Part shown: one piece after another, positions 33,845 through 39,448 of the stretch
How the letters are laid out: each line of letters opens with the position of its first letter
How positions within the stretch are numbered: the stretch's first letter is position 1
Origin: an uncultured Gammaproteobacteria bacterium
Lineage (GTDB): Bacteria; Patescibacteriota; Patescibacteriia; Magasanikbacterales; JBBTQS01
DNA: 39,448 nucleotides
NCBI GenBank assembly: GCA_964554065.1
Contig: CAZKMQ010000002.1
Coordinates: 1-39,448, forward strand
Reading direction: 5' to 3'
Notes under the pieces: generated by a model
Database searches by the model: none
What the model was told of the DNA's origin: nothing
What the model saw: the letters and a program-made list of their open reading frames with translations, nothing else
Translations under genes and position numbers: made by a program

Positions 33845-34762
33845 ATGATTACATTCTCATTTCTTGATTTAAAAAAACACCTCACTGAAGCATGGAATAA
33901 CGGCACTATTAACCATGCTTATTGTATTTCTGGGCCAAAAGGTGTTGGGAAGCAGCTTCTTATAGAAAAATGTATGGAACAGTGGTTTCCAAATAAAGCC
34001 ACAGCTGTTGGAAGTGTTTTTACAATTTCTCCACTTGAAGGCAAAAAAGATATTGCTATTGAACAAGTTCGAAGTATTCGGTCGTTATTAGTTGGTGGGA
34101 GTTTGTTTAGCAGTAAGCGAATAATTATTATAAAACCTGCTGATAAGATGAGTGCTGCTGCAGCAAATGGATTGCTTAAGATTCTAGAAGAGGCGCCACG
34201 TGACACCACTTTTTTCCTGTTAGCTGATACATGGCAAAATTTGCCGCAGACAATTCTTTCTCGATGTCAGCGATTTAGTTTGAGTCCAAGTACGAAAGAA
34301 ATGATGGCAGAGGTTTTGCAGATTGGTATAGAAGAAGATGTGGTTAGAAATAATTTTGGCCTATTGGGCAATGCACATATGCAGCTCAATGATCCGGAAC
34401 TACTATTACAACACCAAGAGGATTCTGATCTTTTATATCAATTATTTGCAACGCCTATTCATCTGCAGCGCGAGAAGATTAAGCCTTTTTTGGGTGATAA
34501 AAAGGATCACACTGCGCAAAGGAGGCGCATTGCGCAACTATTTAACACTTGGCAGTGCTGCACTGGAAATGTGATGGAACAGTTGGTAAGACCAGAAAGC
34601 CAGGATGATAATTTTTCCTATGTGCAGGAAAAGGGTGTGACTACTAAGCAGCTTGTAGAAACACAACGTGTACTTACACAGGCAAATCATGATATCATGC
34701 ATAATATCCATCCAAAACTTATTTTTGAAAACATAATGATAACGCTGTATGGCAAACAATAA
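33845..34762 (+). CDS. holB: DNA polymerase III delta' subunit
   Basis: It has a P-loop-like GPKGVGKQ, the segment AANGLLKILEEAP, and LSRCQRF (the SRC motif). The start is set at MITFSFLDL. Confidence 0.8.
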   Translation: MITFSFLDLKKHLTEAWNNGTINHAYCISGPKGVGKQLLIEKCMEQWFPNKATAVGSVFTISPLEGKKDIAIEQVRSIRSLLVGGSLFSSKRIIIIKPADKMSAAAANGLLKILEEAPRDTTFFLLADTWQNLPQTILSRCQRFSLSPSTKEMMAEVLQIGIEEDVVRNNFGLLGNAHMQLNDPELLLQHQEDSDLLYQLFATPIHLQREKIKPFLGDKKDHTAQRRRIAQLFNTWQCCTGNVMEQLVRPESQDDNFSYVQEKGVTTKQLVETQRVLTQANHDIMHNIHPKLIFENIMITLYGKQ

Positions 34763-35828
34763 ATCATTTTACAAATCAGCACTGCTGACGTTCGGCATTG
34801 TACTTCTTGGTGCAAGTTGTGGCGGTGGCGGTGGTGCACAAGATCGTGGTGTATATCGCAGTCCTGATCAAGGCGAGACCTGGGTTTCAACCTCAGCTAT
34901 CTTGACAACAACTGCTCAACAAGGATCACTGGCTGCTGAAGTTGATATTTTGAAATTGGTTCCTGACCCGCAAGATCCACTTATTATGTATGCTGCAACA
35001 CGAGCGCATGGGATTTGGTTTACATATGATGGTGGAAAGTCTTGGAATAGGCCTCGAGATGTTGAGTTTCATACTGCGCGAGTAAATGACATTTCCATTA
35101 ATCCTAACAGTACCTGTCAGCTGTATGCTGCAGTACAGAATACTGTGCAAAAGAGTGACACATGCGGACGAACTTGGAACGGTGTATATAAGAAGGAGGG
35201 TGGTTCAAATAGTAAGTCTGAAACAATTACTTCAGTAGTGATTAATCCTGGGCGTTCAAATGAAATTGTTTTGGGTACATCATCTGGAGCGGTTTTGAGA
35301 AGTATTGACAGTGGTTCAAGCTGGGCGTCGCTTAATCGGTTTGATGATTCAATCAAGCAGGTCATGATTAACCCATCAATTAAGGACACATTCTATGCGG
35401 CAACTGCTGAAGAGGGATTTTTCCGCAGTACAGATGCAGGAGCAACATGGATTAATGTTTCACCAGATGATCGTGACTTTAGAGGGGCTGATGAGTATAG
35501 CTATGGTGTATTTGACACTACAAAAGCAAACACATTGGTTATTGCAACAAAATATGGATTGTTCCGCAGTGAAGATGGGGGAGATAGTTGGTCACCAATG
35601 CCATTAGTTACTGCTCCTGGCGAGGCACTTATCTTTTCCTTGGCAATTAGTCCAACAAATCCTAATCATATTTACTACGGCACACTCAATGCCTTCTATC
35701 GGAGTTTAAACGGTGGTAAAACATGGGAAACCAAGCGTATTCCAACAAATAACGCAGTGACCGCTCTACTCGTTGACAAACAGGACCCAAACGTGGTGTA
35801 CTTGGGAGCGACATCACTAGCACGATAA
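34749..35828 (+). CDS. Lipoprotein with seven BNR/Asp-box repeats (beta-propeller)
   Basis: It has a lipobox (LLGASC) followed by a Gly run. There are seven S/T-x-D-x-G-x-T/S-W motifs: SPDQGETW, YDGGKSW, SDTCGRTW, SIDSGSSW, STDAGATW, SEDGGDSW and SLNGGKTW. Confidence 0.65.
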   Translation: MANNKSFYKSALLTFGIVLLGASCGGGGGAQDRGVYRSPDQGETWVSTSAILTTTAQQGSLAAEVDILKLVPDPQDPLIMYAATRAHGIWFTYDGGKSWNRPRDVEFHTARVNDISINPNSTCQLYAAVQNTVQKSDTCGRTWNGVYKKEGGSNSKSETITSVVINPGRSNEIVLGTSSGAVLRSIDSGSSWASLNRFDDSIKQVMINPSIKDTFYAATAEEGFFRSTDAGATWINVSPDDRDFRGADEYSYGVFDTTKANTLVIATKYGLFRSEDGGDSWSPMPLVTAPGEALIFSLAISPTNPNHIYYGTLNAFYRSLNGGKTWETKRIPTNNAVTALLVDKQDPNVVYLGATSLAR

Positions 35829-35830
35829 TT

Positions 35831-36382
35831 ATGGCATTATTACAAACGGCGAAGGAGGAGGTTGATGCTGCTTTAGCGCATTTAAAAACCGAATTAGCCA
35901 GTATACGCACAGGGCGCGCAAACCCTATGCTTGTTGAAGATATTTCGGTTGTTGCATATGATATGAAGCAGCCAATGAAAAATGTTGCAACTATAACCAC
36001 CCCAGATCCTAAGACTATTATGATTGCGCCATGGGATAAAGGTGTGCTTGGTGAAATTGAAAAGGCGATAACCAGCGCTAAGATAGGCTTGAATCCAGTG
36101 AACGATGGTAATGTAGTACGAGTTCCTATTCCGGCTTTGACAGAGGAGACGCGTAAGGAGCTTGTGAAGACAGTGAAACAACGTCTTGAGAACGTGCGCA
36201 TCCGTATTCGCAAAAGTCGTGATGATGTTCGCGGGAAGATTTCAGCTCAAGAGAAAAGCGGTGAGATTACTGAGGATCAAAAGTTCGCAGATCAAGCCAA
36301 GCTTGATGATATTGTGAAAGAAGCTAATGCAACAATTGAAACAATGGGTAAGGAAAAAGAAAAAGAAATTATGACCGTATAA
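35831..36382 (+). CDS. frr: Ribosome recycling factor
   Basis: It is 183 aa with a typical RRF sequence: LASIRTGRANPMLVEDISV...PIPALTEETRKELVK. Confidence 0.9.
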   Translation: MALLQTAKEEVDAALAHLKTELASIRTGRANPMLVEDISVVAYDMKQPMKNVATITTPDPKTIMIAPWDKGVLGEIEKAITSAKIGLNPVNDGNVVRVPIPALTEETRKELVKTVKQRLENVRIRIRKSRDDVRGKISAQEKSGEITEDQKFADQAKLDDIVKEANATIETMGKEKEKEIMTV

Positions 36383-36383
36383 T

Positions 36384-37691
36384 ATGGCAGACGAAAAAAA
36401 CCTCATGGACAATGTAACTAACTTGGCAAAGACTCGGGGGTTTATCTTCCCGGGTAGTGATATTTATGGGGGTCTTGCTAATAGTTGGGATTATGGTCCG
36501 CTAGGCTCACAATTAAAAAGTAATATTAAGGCTGCATGGTGGAAGCACTTTGTAACTGGTCGTGGTGACATGGTAGGTTTGGACCCTGCTATAATAATGA
36601 ACCCAAAAGTCTGGGAAGCAAGTGGGCATGTTGGTGGTTTTAGCGATCCATTAGTCGAATGTAAGGAATGTCATAAGAGGTTTCGTGCTGATCATTTGGA
36701 TGATGTGACAAAGTGCTCTGATTGTGGCGGAGATATGACAGAAGAAAAAGAATTTAATCTATTGTTTAAAACTTTTCTTGGTGCTTCAGAAGAAACCGCA
36801 AATGTTGCGTACTTGCGTGGAGAAATAGCGCAGGGTATGTTTGTGAATTTGAAAAATGTTATCCAGACCACACGTCGTAAGTTGCCATTTGGTATTGCGG
36901 CAATTGGTAAGGCATTTCGTAATGAAATTACAACCGGACAATTTCTATTTCGCGTGCGAGAGTTTGAGATTATGGAGCTGGAGTATTTTGTTAAGGAGTC
37001 TGAATGGGAGCAGCACTTTGATAAATGGCTTGAGCACATGAAATTATGGCTCAGCAATTGCGGTGTTGATGAAAGCAAGTTGTTCTTTCATGATTTGCAG
37101 GGTAATGATTTGGCACATTATTCCAAGAAAACAATCGACATTGAATATGATTTTCCTTTTGGTCGCAAAGAATTGTATGGCTTGGCGTATCGCGGGGATT
37201 ATGATTTGAAAAAGCATCAAGAACATTCTGGTCAAGATTTGCAATATCAAGACCCATTGACAAAAGAGAAATTTTTGCCTCATGTGGTTGAACCGAGTAT
37301 GGGGTTAGAGCGAACATTCTTGGCGATTTTACTTTCTGCATATACTGAGGAGAGTGTTGGTGAAGATATGCGAGTTGTTATGAAATTTCCAAAGCATTTG
37401 GCGCCAGTACAGGTTGCGGTGTTGCCACTTTCTAAGAAAGATGAGTTGTTGGGGCCTGCAAGTGAGATTGCAGATAGTTTGCGAAAGGATTTTCTTGTGG
37501 ACTTTGATGTAACTCAATCAATTGGAAAGCGGTATCGTCGTCAAGATGAGATTGGAACACCATATTGTGTTACGGTTGATTTTGACTCACTCGAAGATAA
37601 GCAGGTTACAGTTCGTGACAGAGATACTATGGAGCAAGAACGAATTGGAATTAGCGACCTGAGTGATTATTTGAAGAACAAGTTTGCGTAG
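36384..37691 (+). CDS. glyQS: Glycyl-tRNA synthetase (alpha2 dimeric type)
   Basis: It has class II motifs and the typical N-terminus KTRGFIFPGSDIYGGLANSWDYGPLG, plus a C-terminal anticodon-binding domain. Confidence 0.9.
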   Translation: MADEKNLMDNVTNLAKTRGFIFPGSDIYGGLANSWDYGPLGSQLKSNIKAAWWKHFVTGRGDMVGLDPAIIMNPKVWEASGHVGGFSDPLVECKECHKRFRADHLDDVTKCSDCGGDMTEEKEFNLLFKTFLGASEETANVAYLRGEIAQGMFVNLKNVIQTTRRKLPFGIAAIGKAFRNEITTGQFLFRVREFEIMELEYFVKESEWEQHFDKWLEHMKLWLSNCGVDESKLFFHDLQGNDLAHYSKKTIDIEYDFPFGRKELYGLAYRGDYDLKKHQEHSGQDLQYQDPLTKEKFLPHVVEPSMGLERTFLAILLSAYTEESVGEDMRVVMKFPKHLAPVQVAVLPLSKKDELLGPASEIADSLRKDFLVDFDVTQSIGKRYRRQDEIGTPYCVTVDFDSLEDKQVTVRDRDTMEQERIGISDLSDYLKNKFA

Positions 37692-37692
37692 T

Positions 37693-38964
37693 ATGCATAC
37701 CAAATATCAAAAGAAAAAATTAAAGAATGGCGCGACTTTGGTTGCAATGCCGCAAGAGCATACATCGTCAGTGACAATCTTTGTTGGTTTTCCGGTTGGA
37801 TCTCGCTTTGAAGATGCGCGTATTAATGGTACTTCACACTTTATTGAGCACATGATGTTCAAAGGAACAGAGCGTCGACCACATACAAAAGATATTACTA
37901 CGGAGATTGATGCTGCAGGTGCACAGTGGAATGCATTTACAAGTAAAGAGTGGACAGTCTATTACATTAAGATTGATAGTTCGCGCCTTGAAGATGCAGC
38001 AGACTTGATTGAAGACATGCTGTTTCATAGTAAGTTTGAAAATGATGAGTTTCAGCGTGAAAAAGGCGTGATTAATGAAGAGCTTCGCATGTATGAGGAT
38101 ACGCCAGCGCGTGATGTTCAAGAAGAGTTCGAGCTTATTATGCATGAAGGATCACCGCTTTCGTACAAGATTGGTGGTACACCAGAAATTATTAATGCGC
38201 TCACGCGTGATGATTTGGTGAACTATCGTGACAAATTTTATCATCATGACAAAATGGTTGTTGGTGTTTCTGGTCATTACAGCGAAGATCAATTAGCCAA
38301 AGTAGAGACGATTTTTGAAAAAGGAGAGAAGAAAGGTGGTACACCAGAGATGTTGACTTCACAAGCAGCCGATGCAAAGGACATTGTGCGATTGAAATAT
38401 AAGAAAACAGATCAGGTGCACATTGCTTTAGGATTCCCGGCGTTTAAGCGTGGAGACGATCGATTGCCAGCGCTTTCATTATTGCAAGTGATCATGGGTG
38501 GTTCAATGAGTTCACGATTGTTTATTGAAATTCGTGAAAGGCGCGGCCTAGCTTATAGAGTGCGGACAGATATTGAGGTGTACCATGATACCGGTAATAC
38601 TTATGTGCATGCTGGGTTGCATACTGAGCGTATTGATCAGGCACTTGAAGTATTGGTTGCGGAGCTAAAGAAAGTAGCAGCAAATGGCGTAACTGAACAA
38701 GAGCTTGAACACGCTAAGGGGAATGTACGAGGATCAATGATTTTGGCGCTTGAGGATTCAGCAACTGTAGCGCAGTTTTTTGTTGAGCAAGAGCTTCTTG
38801 CGCCGGAGACATTCACGCCTGAGCAGAAGTTAGCTAAGATCGATGCAGTTACACTTTCAGATATTCAGGAAGTGGCTAAAGAGGTTTTTGATTTTACAAA
38901 AGCCAAGCTTGCAGTCATTGGGCCGTTTGATGATCCAAAGCGGTTTGAGAAATTTTTGAATTAA
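37693..38964 (+). CDS. M16-family (pitrilysin-like) zinc peptidase
   Basis: The inverted zinc motif HFIEH is followed by MMFKGT. The length, about 420 aa, is typical of bacterial M16B. Confidence 0.8.
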   Translation: MHTKYQKKKLKNGATLVAMPQEHTSSVTIFVGFPVGSRFEDARINGTSHFIEHMMFKGTERRPHTKDITTEIDAAGAQWNAFTSKEWTVYYIKIDSSRLEDAADLIEDMLFHSKFENDEFQREKGVINEELRMYEDTPARDVQEEFELIMHEGSPLSYKIGGTPEIINALTRDDLVNYRDKFYHHDKMVVGVSGHYSEDQLAKVETIFEKGEKKGGTPEMLTSQAADAKDIVRLKYKKTDQVHIALGFPAFKRGDDRLPALSLLQVIMGGSMSSRLFIEIRERRGLAYRVRTDIEVYHDTGNTYVHAGLHTERIDQALEVLVAELKKVAANGVTEQELEHAKGNVRGSMILALEDSATVAQFFVEQELLAPETFTPEQKLAKIDAVTLSDIQEVAKEVFDFTKAKLAVIGPFDDPKRFEKFLN

Positions 38965-38970
38965 AATTAT

Positions 38971-39448
38971 ATGACAAAAAAATTATTCTGCAATTGGAAA
39001 ATGTATTTGCATGATGAAGATGCAATTGCGCTAGCGTCAGAAATTACAGAGAATTATGGTGCGAGTGAAGGAATCGCAGTGTTTCCATCTGCCGAGGTCT
39101 TGACCAGTGTATTTCATGTTGTTGATGGGTCAGAGGTGTTGCTTGGTGCACAAGATTGTCATTTTGAATCGCAGGGAGCGCATACCGGAGAGATTTCAGC
39201 TGTGAACTTGAGCGAGCTCGGGTGTCAGTATGTTCTAGTTGGTCATAGTGAGCGTCGTGCAGCTGGGGAGACAGATATGGTAGTGCACAAAAAAATGCTT
39301 GCAGCACTTGCTGCTGGATTAACACCTGTATTATGTGTCGGGGAGAACAAGGAACAGCGATCAGCTGGGGAGGCGAAAGAAGTGACTCGTGCACAGATTG
39401 AAGCAGCTACTGTTGATGTCCCGTCAGAAAGTTATATGGTCGCGTATG
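38971..39448 (+). CDS. tpiA: Triosephosphate isomerase (3' end truncated by the window edge)
   Basis: I translated this by hand: MTKKLFCNWKMY...GAQDCHFESQGAHTGEIS...LVGHSERR...VLCVGE. The NWKM, GHSERR and CVGE motifs are present. It is absent from the ORF track because no stop codon falls within the window. Confidence 0.8.
   Translation, partial: MTKKLFCNWKMYLHDEDAIALASEITENYGASEGIAVFPSAEVLTSVFHVVDGSEVLLGAQDCHFESQGAHTGEISAVNLSELGCQYVLVGHSERRAAGETDMVVHKKMLAALAAGLTPVLCVGENKEQRSAGEAKEVTRAQIEAATVDVPSESYMVAY

Noticed and set aside
39044-39394. This is a 116-aa minus-strand ORF at the window end.
   Set aside because: It is antisense to a clear triosephosphate isomerase reading frame (NWKM, GHSERR and CVGE motifs), and its translation is rich in Q, H, L and S and not protein-like.
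1-39448. I considered a diversity-generating retroelement, a CRISPR array, tRNA or rRNA genes, and a transposase or integrase.
   Set aside because: I found no reverse-transcriptase motifs, no near-identical template/variable repeat pair and no regularly spaced direct repeats. There is no tRNA T-loop (GGTTCGAnnCC) in a non-coding context and no DDE or tyrosine-recombinase-like ORF.

Overview
This 39.4 kb chromosomal window is mostly AT-leaning housekeeping genes. Hand-counted 60-nt samples give about 35-48% GC. The genes are densely packed, with several 4-11 nt overlaps between neighbours. Recognisable genes are a pyrE-pyrF fusion, two HU paralogs, rny, truB, infB, trxA, leuS, a split comEC, pyrH, rplJ-rplL, a short tsaB-like gene, mreB, holB, frr, glyQS, an M16 peptidase and a 3'-truncated tpiA. 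There is also an envelope set: a GT2 with a QxxRW motif, a DUF4012-like protein, a GT4, an L,D-transpeptidase, calcium-binding-repeat surface proteins and a BNR-propeller lipoprotein. The gene content suggests a reduced-genome, Patescibacteria/CPR-like bacterium using the standard genetic code; that placement is inference only. I found no rRNA, tRNA, CRISPR array, transposase or integrase. The most unusual content is a set of GC-rich (about 57-62% in sampled lines) orphan genes inserted between housekeeping genes, most of them monocistronic with their own promoter-like hexamers and, in three cases, an intrinsic terminator. Three of them (1775-2440, 2748-4076, 9121-9456) are paralogs, each with a long-spacer Cys4 zinc-ribbon-like module and a Lys/Arg-rich tail. 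The two tandem paralogs are each preceded by a copy of a ~100-nt structured RNA element whose stems show compensatory base changes between copies. A ~640 bp ORF-free, hairpin-rich, terminator-ended region follows. Another GC-rich orphan (14000-15379) ends in an RNA polymerase alpha-CTD-like helix-hairpin-helix domain. LeuRS carries a ~175-aa inserted nucleotidyltransferase-fold domain. All identifications come from reading the translations and sequence by eye; no database search was run.
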